Source of the DNA: Chrysomallon squamiferum
Taxonomy: Eukaryota > Animalia > Mollusca
Length of the DNA stretch: 64,000 nt
Reading direction: 5' to 3'
Assembly (NCBI GenBank): GCA_012295275.1
Contig: CM022670.1
Location: 27,590,001-27,654,000, forward strand
Each line of letters begins with the position of its first letter. The first letter of the stretch is position 1. The notes under the pieces were generated by a model. It saw nothing but the letters and a program-made list of their open reading frames with translations, was not told the DNA's origin and did not search any database. A program made the position numbers and the translations under genes. This document shows, piece by piece, positions 30,110 through 44,300 of the stretch.

Positions 30110-31240
30110 ATGTTATATATTACATACATTGTACATTATTTATAATTTATAATGATTATAATAATTATTATTGTGAAACGATTCTCTTTGTAATACCGTT
30201 TTAATTTTTTCACTGTCAGTATCAACCTGGAAATTTTGCTATTTATTCAGTGACACGCATTCAAGCTCATAATTGTTGTTCATAATATAAGGCCTACATG
30301 CATTCTCAACCGAAATTTAGATCCACGATGTTAACCTAAGGCGTAACAGATGTTCAAATGACGTCAAACGTTAAATTAGTCTCTGTCAGGACTACGTCAT
30401 TTCAATCAACTTTTTACATCATTAGAAAATAATAGGTGTACGGGTGCACTAAATACAATTTATCTTACGTTAAATGTTTTTAAGAGTATCTAGTGACGGT
30501 CAAATCGTGTTCAGTGCATTCTGGTGTATTATTCTAAAATATCACACAAATAAAATAAAATAAATGTAGATATTTATTGATTTTTAAAAATTAATATTAT
30601 ACAAATAATATAACAGATAAATAAATAAAAAATTAAATAAATAAATAAAAATATATCTTTTAGCGTAAAGCGAAAGTTAATTTTGTTTTAACGTAACTGT
30701 TTAAGATATTTTAAAACTGTTTTACTACTACTCCTACTATTACCCCTTTTTACTGTTTTGTACGAAATCCATTTAATTTAGGCATCAGAAGTAAATAAAT
30801 AATATAAAAAGAAACATATATGAAGTTTATACTGACGTTATCTGTGATTTTCTTTTGTATTTCTGATAATTAAGATCATTAGCCGCTTGTGACTTAAACA
30901 AGCTTGTAAGTTGTAGTTATACCAAAGACCCTAAATAGTAAATCCAACCTGTATTTGTCATTGACTATGGGGATTATTGTAAGATGTTGTCCATTACATG
31001 CTGGGATTTCAGCAGTAATGTTGTTAATATCTAAACATTTTCCTGCACATTTAATATCACATAATCGCTAGTATTATTACATAATATAATTTATTCATTA
31101 TATTTTAGGGAAACTGCAAGAAACAAAATAATTACGAGGTTGTAGTCTCGATTATCTCTAACGCAAATGAATCATCCACCCCAAACTGCAAAGATTAAGC
31201 AAATCGAGACATGTAATAAAATGGCCGACGATGAGTTGAA
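30110..31240. promoter_or_regulatory. Divergent promoter interval between the lectin gene (minus) and SH3RF1 (plus)
   Basis: A likely lectin 5'UTR exon has a minus-strand gtatgt donor near 30029 and a TATA-like sequence at ~30140. Also present: CRE TGACGTCA at 30359-30366, ZNF143-like catgctgggat at ~30997, YY1-like aaaatggccg at ~31218. TSSs are inferred, not observed. Confidence 0.4.
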
Positions 31241-31814
31241 ATGTATTTGAACTCAAAAAAGTATTGCAGTTTACACCAGTGCTTTTACTTTTGACCAGAT
31301 TTTGATTTATTTCAACATCACAGTAATTATTTTAAATATGAATAAAAGTGATAATCATATACTGAATTTAACTTGTGTAACTGTTGGTATGTAGTTGATA
31401 AACTGGGTTTGTTGATATGTGTAACTGTAAATTGTAATGTGATCTTATGCACGTTTCACTTTTTATTTATTCTGTACCTAATCAGTTAATGATTATGTAA
31501 CAGTAATGAATGTATCAGATAATAAAGGGATTTAACAGGTACTAGTCCTATCTTAAATTTATACCTGTTTTCTACAGTGTCTGATCTTCTCAAAAAGAAT
31601 GTTAGGTTGGAGACGCTGTCACAAATTTAAACACTGACAGGTAATCACATGTTTTTTCCTAAAATAAAAATATAATGAGCACGAAGTCCATATTTGATCA
31701 TAGCTAATACAATAGAAATAAATATCTATATGAAAAATATTGGCTGGGATACTGTCAAAATTCATTGGATATAAGCAGTATATTTGGAAATGGTGACCTG
31801 GTATAGACTGTATC

Positions 31815-34804
31815 ATGGATGAGAAGTCGTTAAATGAATTGTTAGAATGTTCTGTATGTTTGGATCGTTTGGACCATACAAGCAAAGTGCTGCCATGTCA
31901 GCATACATTCTGCAGAAGATGCCTAGAAGAAATTTTAAGCACAAAACGAGAATTAAGATGTCCGGAATGTAGAACAGTTGTAACCATACGAGTGGATGAT
32001 CTCCCACCAAATATTTTATTAATACGGTTACTGGAAGGCATCAAAACACAAGGTCATCTTTTGGGACAAAAATCCGATGGACAACAGTTTACTCAACAAG
32101 GAGTTGATGTTCCGATAGATAAAGTGCCGACTACTTCCATACAGCTACAAACACAGCCTAGACAGGTAATCATTTAATTAATTTTTACTATTATCCATTT
32201 CTGATGTGTTTTCTTAATATAAATTTTATAATAACAAGATAATAAATATTTAAGTGCAGGTTGATATTTTACAGATTTTTGTAACATTTACTTTTGCATT
32301 TATTTCAAAATGTTAAGTATAAGTTAATGGAAAGAAACATATTTCATTGTGTGGATGTAACCACTAACAATATTATTAAAAGAAATTGATGTGTGGCAGC
32401 CTCTTATTTTCTTAAACATATAAAAAATAAAATGTGTTTATATATATATATGCATATTATTAATCATTAATAAACAAAAATGTAAATTTAAGAAATTATC
32501 AAAACTAAAGCTGCACCTGCAATTACATTCTGAAACATGAATATATGTTTGATAATGTATAATGAAATTCTTATGGTATTAATTCAGATTTTTCTAATAC
32601 TGGTATTTCATTAATTATAGGTATCACAACCATGTGCCAAAGCCTTATTTAATTATGAAGCCAAGGAAAGTGGGTATGTAGTACTAAAATTTATCATTAT
32701 TGAATTCTGTTGCTTTTTATATTAAGAAATATAAACACACATTAATTCATTAAATAATGTTTCTTAACATTACTGAGTTCCAAGCTCACAAAAGAAACAG
32801 CAGTTTGTTTCTGTGTCTCCCTATCTCTGGGATGGTGCTGGTTCTACATTAATAATTTACTTCCATGGTGAATACATTGACACACATGCAAAGATGCATG
32901 CACATTACCCCCACACACACACACACATCTGTGAATTTCAGTTTATATGTGATATTATTAAATTTTGTGCAATAATGATTATAATGTATTTGTTGCTTAA
33001 TGATTTATAATTTTTTGCTAATTTTTCAGAGATCTTTCATTTAAAAAGAATGACATAGTTATTCTGAGAAAACAGATTGATGAGAACTGGTATCATGGAG
33101 AACTTAATGGTCAACATGGGTTCTTTCCAGCCACATATGTACAGGTATTTGTAATGTTACATAACCTTTAACTTAATTATTGCTACATTTAGATTCCATG
33201 TACATAATGGACAAAGACTATGTCATATAATTGATTGATAGATAATCTACAAGAAAAATGAAATGGGTGAAAGATTAGTTTGCTTTAATGTTTCTCTATA
33301 ATTACTTTTTCATCTTTGTAAAAACCCTAACTAAAATATATATTTTGATATGTTCTGTTATTATAGTTAATGTGTCAAAATTGTCATTAGCATTTCACAT
33401 ACTATATAACTTTATAAAACTGTGAGAAAATATTCATCAGTTAACACAGTAATATTGTAACATTTGATTCATTTATTACAATGTTTGTTTTCACAGGTTC
33501 TTGTTCCACTTCCTCAAGTTCCACAGTGCCAGGCACTGTTTGACTTTGATCTCAAAGATGAAAAGGAAAAAGACTGTCTTGCTTTTCAAAAGGTTAGTCT
33601 CAAGATAATTTATTTTTCTATTATTAATAACTAAACTTACCTATTCAAAAGTGAATAAATATTCTGTTAAATTTCATAATTTGAAATTTTTGTTTTTATG
33701 CAGGATGAAAAGTTAACTGTTATAAGAAAAGTGGATGACAACTGGATCGAGGGTCGGAAAGGAGACAAAATAGGAATTTTTCCAATCACATTTGTCAAGG
33801 TAAGTGAAAAAAATAATTGTTTAAAAATTGCTTTGATGTAATAATTTTCAATTTAAAAAAAACTTAAAATTTAAATTTTTGGAAAGAAGTAATATTTTAT
33901 ACTTTATTGTTTTTCTTACAGCTGAATGAAGCTGCTAAAAGCTTACTGAATAGTCAGTCAAACATTGGGCTGATACAACCAAACAACCAGCCAGTGGCCA
34001 GCAGTGTTGATCGCAATCAAAGAGTTGATGGTCAAAGAGTTCCTCCAGCACCATCATCGTCATCAACGACATTACCCTCAAATTCTGTTCTTCTTGCTTC
34101 ACGAACAGCCCAGCAGAAACGACACTCATTTACTCTGACACCAGAGAAGACTCCTTCACCAACAGGGCAGAGTCAGCGTAGATCTCTTGAGCTTAACAGC
34201 TCAGGTGCATTTAGCATCGTTGGGACATCAAGTCCATCAGCATCTCCTGTCATGACATCCAAAAATAATGCACCATCATCTGTGGTTACTTCGTCTTCTC
34301 AGAAACCTGTCTCAGCTCAGGTTACTTTTATTTAAATTTTTTAATTTTTAATTTGTATTTGTATTTGTATTTGTATTTTTATTTTGGTGTTTTAAAAAAG
34401 AACCATAAATGAAGTAAAAGTGAGACCAAGTTAACTTATAATTGTAAGTTAATAACATTATTTGTGTTTATGCCTAACTTTTTTTTAACAAATTAGTTCT
34501 GGTGGTTTGTTGTTTGTTAGAATACTTGCCCAAAATCTGCAAGATTTAAAAATCACTCTTGTGATATGTATTATACCAAACATTTGTAAAGTAGACCCAA
34601 CCCTTTCATTCAGTTTGGTAACAACAGTCAAAAATGTTAGAATGTATTTTTGATATTTAAATAAAAAATTAATTTTCTTTCTGTGTGATTCATTATTATT
34701 ACTATTACTATTACTATTATTATTATTATTATGATTATATTGTATTATTGTTTTTATTATTATGTTATTATTATGTTATTATTATAGTATTATTGTTACT
34801 ATTA

Positions 34805-34843
<39 letters not shown>

Positions 34844-37800
34844 TGAATTATTGTTTTTATTATTATTATTATTATTATTTAATATTTATCCACAGCCTGT
34901 TACTTTGCCTGATCTTCTCACTGGTAATGCTGCAGGAACTGAAAACAACACAGTTGTCTCAAGCAGTCTCACTACCCCTGTGTAAGTTTTTTTCAAATAA
35001 AATTGGTGTTATTGTTGTTATTACTTCAAAATTATTTTAACTGAAGGTAACACACTTCTGGACAGTATTTGTTTGTTAAATAATATTTCTATTATTTTAT
35101 TGTGAGTTTTTAAAATTCACATAACGCCTATTCATTTGTAATTGTTAAAACAGTAATACTTCACTACAATTATTTTCAGTGTTCACATCAAAATAAATAT
35201 GCATGTCTGTTTATTTGAGTATGTGCCTATTTTTCTTTCTTTTTTATGTGTCTGTGTATTTATTTTGATGTGAACACAGAAATCAATCGTAGTGAAGTGA
35301 ATTGGTAATACTTTATTAATAATTACAGAACAAGTTTGTATGACTATACATTTATGAATAAGCATTATATGAATTTTTGCGTGGTTCTACACACACACAC
35401 ATGCACAAAACACACAGACAATATGATAAATCACAGCTAAAATAATTAGAAAATATATGCAAAACAATTTAACGCAAGTCGGCATGGTAATGAAAATTAA
35501 CTGGTCACTAACAATAGATAATGTTTACTATAATTAATTTAGATATATGGCAATGTACAACTACAAGCCTCAGAAGGAAGACGAAGTGGAGTTGAGAAAA
35601 GGAGATTATTACACAGTTACAGAGAAGTGTCAAGATGGCTGGTTCAAGGGCCAGTGTCTCCGAAGTGGTAATATAGGTGTCTATCCTGGAAACTATGTGC
35701 AGATGATCAGGTAATTTTGTCAATTACCATTAATCATAAAGTAATTAAATATATATATATACATATATATATATATACTTTTTTTTTTTTTTTTTAATAT
35801 TTTTCTAGACAATGTTATTATGATCTTTGAGTGTATTGGTATTAAATATGAAAAAAGTAGTAATGATGATAATGAACATTTTTGAAATTCCAAATTGAAA
35901 ACTTTTTTCCACCATAAATAACATTAATATTAAAATGATGTTTCCAGATGGAATAATTTTGCAAAAATAAAATACAAATTAATTGGAGTTTTTCATTTCA
36001 TGAAACATATTATCCCGAAGCATTGACCTTATACTTACACCGTTTTTAATTCATTTCTCATTTCTTTTGAAAATATCTCATCTGTGTGGCAGTTGTTGTG
36101 AAGTGAAAATATTGTTGATGTATTTATTTTATTTATTTTGAAAAGTTGATATTTAACTATTATAATATTTAATTTTGTGATCATCTTATTTGATCTTTTA
36201 AAGTGGTTTGACTTTATTTTCAGACACTCCAGTGCATTTAAGCCAGTTAATCCCAATGTGCTAAATATTCGTGCTAAGGGTCCTCTCTCCCCACCTCCCA
36301 CTCTGACAGCCATTACCACTTCAAACACTCAACCCACAGTTGTACAATCCACCTCAGACAATGTTTCTTCCAATGCCAGTTCACAGCTGACAAGTTCATG
36401 CCAGGCACCACCTCTTCTGCCTCGCTCTTCAAAAACTCGCACAGCAAGTCCATCCTCACCTGTGACCAAATCTTCAAAATCATCCTCATCACTGCATGGT
36501 GGCAGTGCATCGTCTAGACTGCAAGCTCCACTCACATCAAGTTCCATTGCTTCAACAAAATCCTCTGCCAGCCACAGTCACTCCAAAAACAGCCACACTC
36601 ACTCAGCAGGTAGCGGTCATGTATCCCGTCGAAGCAATCATCATTCAGGAGGAGGTGTCGTGACATCATCGCCAGGAGGAGGTCCTGTGTGGAGTGCTGC
36701 TAATCTTGCTGCTGTTCAACACTCCATGTCAACAACATCAAACATAACACCACCAAATGTTGTCCTCGGGGCGCCAGGGGACAACGTGTCTTCTCATTCA
36801 AAAGAAAAGGTGAGTTAACTGGAAATCCTTATTCCAGCTAAAATACAGATTACCCAGTTTGGGGAAGAAGATAAGTTTAATGCTTAATTGTTCATCATTT
36901 GTCAAACTATTCAAATCTCCTTACACGGAGAAGCATTAATCACATTAAAATTGGTTGTAGAATTCTTGAACATTTGATAAATATTATGATGTGTTAAACT
37001 GAACAGTAATTTCTTGTTACCAGAAGGAGAAAAAAGACAAAGAGAAGAAGAGCTTGGTGAAACTGTTGGCAGGGAAATCTAAGAAGTCAAAATCACCTGG
37101 AGGAGAAATTGATGCCTTGACAGAAGCTTCTGCTGGCCATGTCAGGTAAAGGATTAAAACAGAATTTTCAAGATTAGCACAACAAATTCACTGAAGAAAA
37201 GCAGTGGTTAAATTGATGTAAAATATATGACAATAAATAAACCCAACATTTACCTCCCATATCAGGTAAAGGGTTAATTCAGAGCTTCCAGAAACTGTGT
37301 TGCAAATTAAGGTAAGAAAAGCCAAAGCTGAATTTAAATGAAATAATTTTATTAATAAAATTTATTTTATTTTTCGGTTTAGTTTTTAAAAAATATTTTT
37401 TTTTTATTTTAACCTACAAATTAATAAATTAATAAAATAATGTGCTACTTTTCTTTCTTTCAGATACATACTTAAAATTGTTTCATCAATATCAAAATCT
37501 AAATTATTTAAATATTTAAAACTTTAATATTATTAGTTTTCTGCAAAGCCTTATTAAATCATTTGGAATTCAGTAATTTCAAATTAAATTTTAATTATAT
37601 ACTCCATGTATTTACCTCTTTCTAGTGTATTAAATAATCTTTCAGATCCGGTTCATACCCCTCTGATGCCGGTGCAGGAGCACTTTGTGATAGTCCACAC
37701 AAGAAGACTGGATCTTTTGATTCTTCATCTTCGCCACCACAGTCTGCAAAACCTATTAGACCTAAACCATTAATAAGAGAAAAGTGTGTAAAATTGCAAA

Positions 37801-38339
37801 GTTCTTCTTCCAGTTACTTTGTCAGAGTTTTTTCAATCAGACTTTGAAGATAATAAAGTATTATAGTAAAGAAACAAGCTTCTTAAGTAAAAATTGAAGG
37901 CTGATGTGTTTCCCTTTTCCTATTTTGGTACCTCCCCAAACAAAAAAAAACAAAAAAAACCCCAAACTTACTGATTTTTAACTTTCTTTTGAGTTCTGAT
38001 ATTTAAAAATAGTATTTTGGTTCAAACATTATTTTCAACATAATCTTACTATGATTGTTGTTACTGATAAATACAAAGTATTCTGATCAAAATAATAATA
38101 ATAATAATAATAATAATTTACTTAGACACCTTTAAAATAACAAACAAATTTCTAATTTTTGTTTAAGGTATCGTTGCATTGTGCCCTACCCACCACACAG
38201 TGAACATGAGTTAGAACTGCAGATGGGAGATCTTGTTTACGTACACAAAAAGCGGGAAGATGGATGGTTCAAAGGAACTCTAGCACGAAATGGCAGAACC
38301 GGTCTTTTTCCTGGAAGTTTTGTTGAGAAGATGGAATAA
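31815..38339 (+). CDS. SH3RF1: E3 ubiquitin ligase SH3RF1/POSH (RING + 4 SH3), 12 coding exons, ~793 aa
   Basis: Exons 31815-32165, 32621-32673, 33030-33144, 33497-33592, 33704-33799, 33922-34320, 34896-34981, 35543-35710, 36224-36809, 37024-37145, 37646-37783, 38168-38339(TAA); 2382 nt in frame. [51 protein letters not shown], four SH3 domains and the KRHSF motif. The vertebrate paralogue (SH3RF1 vs SH3RF3) cannot be assigned. Confidence 0.95.
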
Positions 38340-41300
38340 AATTTGTGATCTTTTTTTTTTTCTTTATTGTTTATGTAATACTCACATTGTTGTCAATCAT
38401 TTAACACTTTTTTCAGATCATTGCATTTAAAACTTTTATTTAATTTTTACAAAGTATCGACCTGTAATGATCTAAAAAAAAAATTAGGTTAGATAAATTT
38501 TGAAGTTTGCTGTTGGTGTTAATCATGAATTTAATTTGTTTCTAAAAACACCTGCTTTCAGAATTCAGTGATCCAGACAAGTAGTTCTTAAACTTTATTT
38601 TTTTTCCTTCAATACCCGTTTGTAATAAAGTTGAAGGTAACATCCTCCACCTTAAATTTTATACTGATCATTGACATACAATGAATTATGTTGTGAAGTT
38701 GTAAGAATATATATAGCATTTTTTTCAGCATTTTCTGTATTTTCACAGCATCTGGAGGGTGTGCTGCAAATCATGTTCAGAATCAATGGGTTTTTTGTTT
38801 TTTTTAAGAAGTAGTGATTTTTATTTTACTTTTATGTTTAGTTAAAAATTCATACTAGCATGATCCATGATTTCTATCATGGCAGATTTACTGTCTAGAT
38901 GTAGAGATTAATTACACAGAAAAAACAAATTGCCAATCACTTAAAGAAAAAAAACAAAGGGCAGAGCTGCATCATTCTGGATCTGAATGTTAATTTGTCT
39001 TTGATGTGTTCTAATGAAGTTGAGAGAAATTTTATTTGTGTATTATAAATAATGTCTCAGACATTTTGTCAAGTATTAACTTTCATGCATTTATTTATAT
39101 GTTATAACCATGAAGACTTTATGCCCTATATAATTATTGATGATAATAAGTTATTAACTAGATAATAGATTTCCCTTGATCATCCTATCATTTAAAATAA
39201 GGGAGATATATCTTGTTTTCATCTGTATTTATTAATAATTGATGCCTGGGACTTAGATGGTAACCTTTTTTTTTTTCCCCAAATAGTCAAAGAAATGGTG
39301 AAAGACAAAATTGACTTCAGTATATATAAAGTTAGAATTAGCTTGATAAAATTACAAATGACAGATTTTCTATTTTTGATCACTGTAAGCAGCATCTAAA
39401 CTGAAAAAAACTTAAATGACAATTCATTAAAAACTAAAACATTTGACATTAAACCACAGCCAGCTGTAAAGATAAGATTTGTTATATTCTGATTAAATCA
39501 AAATATGACAATACTTGTCCATTCATTAAGTTAAAAAAAAGAAAATAATCTTGATTCAACGTTCTGGCCAATTGGTCACAAATCTTTTTCTCTCTTGCTG
39601 CTCTAATTACCATCTTGGATTTCTAAACCATGGCTACACTAATTATATTGATATTTTGTAAAGGACGTTGAAGTCCACTGTTTGGTCTGGTGCCTTATGT
39701 GTAGACTTTAGAGTTTGAACACAGCAGGTTCTGGTTCCTTACATTTGACTGTTCTGTCAGTTTGCTTTGAGTTTGACTTTGTTAATGGGAATGTTTTAAT
39801 TGATTGTTTGTGAGAAGTTTGTTTCCCCACCTTAAGATTGCTAATTTGTTTTATTTCTTCGAAGAAGATAACTGCTGACTGAACTCTATAAAACTACAGT
39901 ACTTAAATATTTGGTTGAAAATCAAAGAAAAAAAAATCAAAGATATTATTATTGTTTTTTTTTTTTTAATTTAGGTAATGAAGATGAATAATACAATAAA
40001 ATTATAAAATTTGTTAAAGAAATCATTTGATGATTATGTATTAATTAAACTTGTGACAATCATTACTGAAGCAGTTTTTTACTGTGTTACTGAGATATCA
40101 CAGTCAGAGATTAATGAATGTCTGCATGTCTTACTTGATGTAGTCAGCTGTTTTAAACCATGCTTTGACTGCATTGTCATCTTAAATGTGCCATTTCTAT
40201 ATATCATATAATAAAAATATTGTATTGTATGCTTTAAATTTAGAATTTAATTCCTGAAACTTTATTGTGCCATTTCTTTTTTTTTTTTTTTTTTAACCTT
40301 ACATATTGTCTTCTGTAAGTTTAGAAACTAGTTTTGAAATTTGAGGACAAGGGCATTCAATATGCCTAATACTTTTAAATTTTAAATAATAACAAATATT
40401 ATTTTCACTAATAATATTATGGTTTTCATATATCTGAAGTAGGTTCCTTTTTGCAAGCAGCGGTGGAATGTTTTATTTATTTGTTTCATATTTACTATTT
40501 TACAAGTGTCATTTATATAACTATAAGTGATAAGCACCTATCTGCTTAGAGATTTTTAAATAAACAATTTCAAGATCACATTAATTTTAGTGAAATAAAA
40601 AATTAAACCAAATTTTTAGATACTTTTTTTCTTAAAAATATACTAAATTTGAACAAAAAAAGAAATTACTTGTTTTAATATATGATTTTATTTTATTATT
40701 TTTTAAATTACATTTTGCAAAGTTATGTTAACTGAAAATGTTTAAAAGAAATGTCTCACCAGATTAGATATCTTTAACATAACACATCTTTGGAATTGGT
40801 TAATTTGATCCACTGCTGTATTTACATACATCCTGTTTTCATAATATTTTTGAAATGTAATTAAATCAAATTTTACTGACTTTTTATAATAATTATTTCT
40901 CCAATACCTCAGAAATATTTTTGAAATAACTATCTTGTCATCAGGGATGTATTACTAGCTGGCAGCTGGCAGTTTTTCATTGGCTGTTTATCAGATATAT
41001 TAAAATAAATAAAGCATTTTGATTGGCGGTATTTTCATAGAATTAACTAGCCATTTGTCATTTAATATTTACTAAAATGTTGTTTATACTACATATTAAA
41101 CTGAATGACTGTTTTGTGATTCAGCAGATTATTGTTCCTTGTCATATTCTCTTGGTGGTTTATGACTGAAAAACATCAGTAATTTAATTTTCTCACATTG
41201 TTTTTCACTGTTAATGATATCGCTGGTTATGATCTTGATATCTTGTTAATTTATTAAATATGGTGTTTTTAATTCAGCAAAGAATTTTATTTTTATTGAT

Positions 41301-44300
41301 TCTTTTAAATAAAGAAATAATTAAATTAATAAAAGCTACAAACTTGTATGGAATAATGTATATTTAAGCAGAATACTGTATCAACAGAAAGATATATTTG
41401 TATCAAGAATACAACCATGACATCAGGCGACTGAAGGTACAGATAGAGTAAACAGTATGTTACTTTTTTATTATACAGCTTTTGGGTGGGTTTTTTTTTA
41501 GTTTTTCTTTTTCTTTTCTTTTTTGCATATAATTTTTTAACAGTTTTTACCAAAATCATTGAGATTTACTTTCTAAATGTTTTGCTGTTTTGAATTTTAT
41601 CTTTTACTTTAAATGTCAAGTTGTAGTTGAACTTTCTATACTTCCACATTTTGTCTTATCCCAAAATTAGTATATTGTTAAATTCAAGAGAATGTTTTTT
41701 TTGTTTTTTTTTCTACCAAGAACATATATATTTAAGTTAATTTTGAATATAATTTACAATAAGAGAAAAGAAGGACAGCAGAGTATAATTATTTTTATCT
41801 AAAACTAATGTTAAATAATTTTAAAGATCAGTGCCTATACTAACGAAACAAGAAACATTCTTTTTGAGAAATACACTTATAACATAAGTGTGCATCTTTT
41901 GATAATCATTTTTTCCTGTTTTTGTCTACCATCTATACGTTTTGGTGGTTAAATTTTTTGGCTATTTTGAAAGGTATCAGATATCTTTTGTTTATCTATG
42001 CAATGAAAGCTGTCTTTTTAAATGTTAAAGGTGATGAAAGGAAAATGGAAGAGATGTTGTGCAGAATCACGTTAATTGCTTGTTTTCACTGACATCAATG
42101 GTTTATTTAACCTGTCCCAGATCCCATTGCATCGTGGCCTTATTGCTTCCATAATCCATAGCAGTTGAAAAAGAAATATTCCTTGTTATGAAATTCTTTT
42201 TTTTAATCTATATATAAAATTTTATAAAATTAATATTCTATTTCTGTTTAATGTTTCCAAAATCTTGACATCTCTGACTGTATAAAAAAAAGGTGTATAC
42301 TTTTTCTTCATAATTATTTATCTGTCTGGAATCATACTAAAATGAAGAAGATGTAAAATATATATATTTATCCAGTTAAACAAAATACTGTTCATAATAA
42401 AGTTTATTGTCTGCAGTTAAAAACAAAACAAGTAAACAAAAAGAACCTAAATACTTTTGAAGAATGCAATATATTCATGTTTGGCTGGAGTTATTCTAGA
42501 AAAGCCAACTTGTGGATTTAGGGATATGGGATTGAAAATAGGCTTGATATCTGATGAAAACAAGCAGTTGTAACATATGGATATTCTGAAGTACATTTTA
42601 AGTATATTTTAATTATGGAAATACACTGTATTTGTAATACACTGTTTGTTTAAAGTTACTGGAATACATTTTGTAATTGTAATATTAGTATGCTGCATGT
42701 TTGTAAATCTGAATACACTATATTTGAAATGCTGGAACACACTTTTTATAATACCCAGTAGCTTATGTGTTTATAATGTATGATATAGTGTTTGAAATGC
42801 TAACATTTTTGTGATAGAAAAATTGGTTCATAAATTATAGAAATTGATTTTTCATATAATTATGTTAATGTATATTTTTTCTTTGTCTTATAAATAAAAA
42901 ACGTATCTAATACAAAGTTATAAATTTGGTTGTCAGGTCTTAGACCAAATGTTTGAATGTTTATTACATAGCAGTCTCGAAACTAAAAATTATTATTTCT
43001 GTGAAAATAATTATTTCAAAGGGATTTTTATTTGTATATTATTTTATTCTTCTTTTTTTCTGAGGGCAGAAGATAGGGTTTTATTCTGAATTGTATTGTT
43101 CTTTTCTTTATTATTTATAAAAAAAAAAATTAAATAAGCAATTAGCCCAACAAAGTTAGCTGATGCTTATAGATATGTACCCAGTATTTTTGTTTATTTT
43201 ATTTAAACAAAGCTATTATTATATTTATGTGTTAAAAAGATTGAGTGCATAGACAGAGTAAACATTATGATGATTATGTTTTGTTATTTTTTTAATGTGT
43301 GATTATGTTTTCATTTTTATTTATATTTTTTATTTTTTTCGCTCCTTTTTTCATGAAAACAACAGAAGATAAATTAGAATAATTAATTTTGTTTTTAAAT
43401 AAAAAATAAAAATAGTATCTATCACCAACATTTAGGTTGTAATATAAAAATCTTTTTTTTTTCTTCATAATTGCAATTTTTCATAAATTAATCTTTCACT
43501 GGAATTTAAAGTATTATATTATTATTTTTTATATTATTATTTATTTATTTTATTTGTTTTAAGTGTTTATTTGTTTATAATTTTTGTCAGATAATACAAA
43601 TAGTGGACTTTGAAATTAATTAGATTTTCATTAACTAAAAATGCACAAAGTAGGAATATAAAATAGAGAAATATTTTAAAAATAATTACATTGAATAAGT
43701 TAAAGAATAAAAAAAATCTTAATAATGAGAGGAAATTGGGATGAAATATGATAATTAAAGCACTGATTTCAATTAAAAGCAAACCAAAGCAAAAAATCAG
43801 AAACTTCATTTTTGTAGATAAATAAATTTTTGTTTCAGTTTGTTTATTCATGGAGTGAATCTTCATTCAGAGAGAGATTGCTTCAAGAATTTATAACAAC
43901 AATTTACACATCTTTGTTTTATGAATAGATTTGAGATATTTTTTGTAGGAAATTAAAAGTTTAATTCCATATAAAAAAAAAAAATAATAAGGAATATTGA
44001 TACATTAATAAATTTCTTAAATTTTTAATTTTTATATTATTAATATTCTATTTCACTTTAATGTTTCCCATATCTAGTCATTTCTGATTGTATAATTAAA
44101 AACTGTATCTCTTTTTATTCATAATTGTGTATTTATCTGGGGTAAATCTAAAATGTAAAACTAATGAAAATATTAACGTAAAATAATTATAATATTCTGA
44201 AAAAAGTATATATTTTATTGTTTTATCTGAAAATGATAAACATCATTGGTTAATTTAAAAATTTTATATTTCAACTCTAATTCATATTATATCTTTTTGA

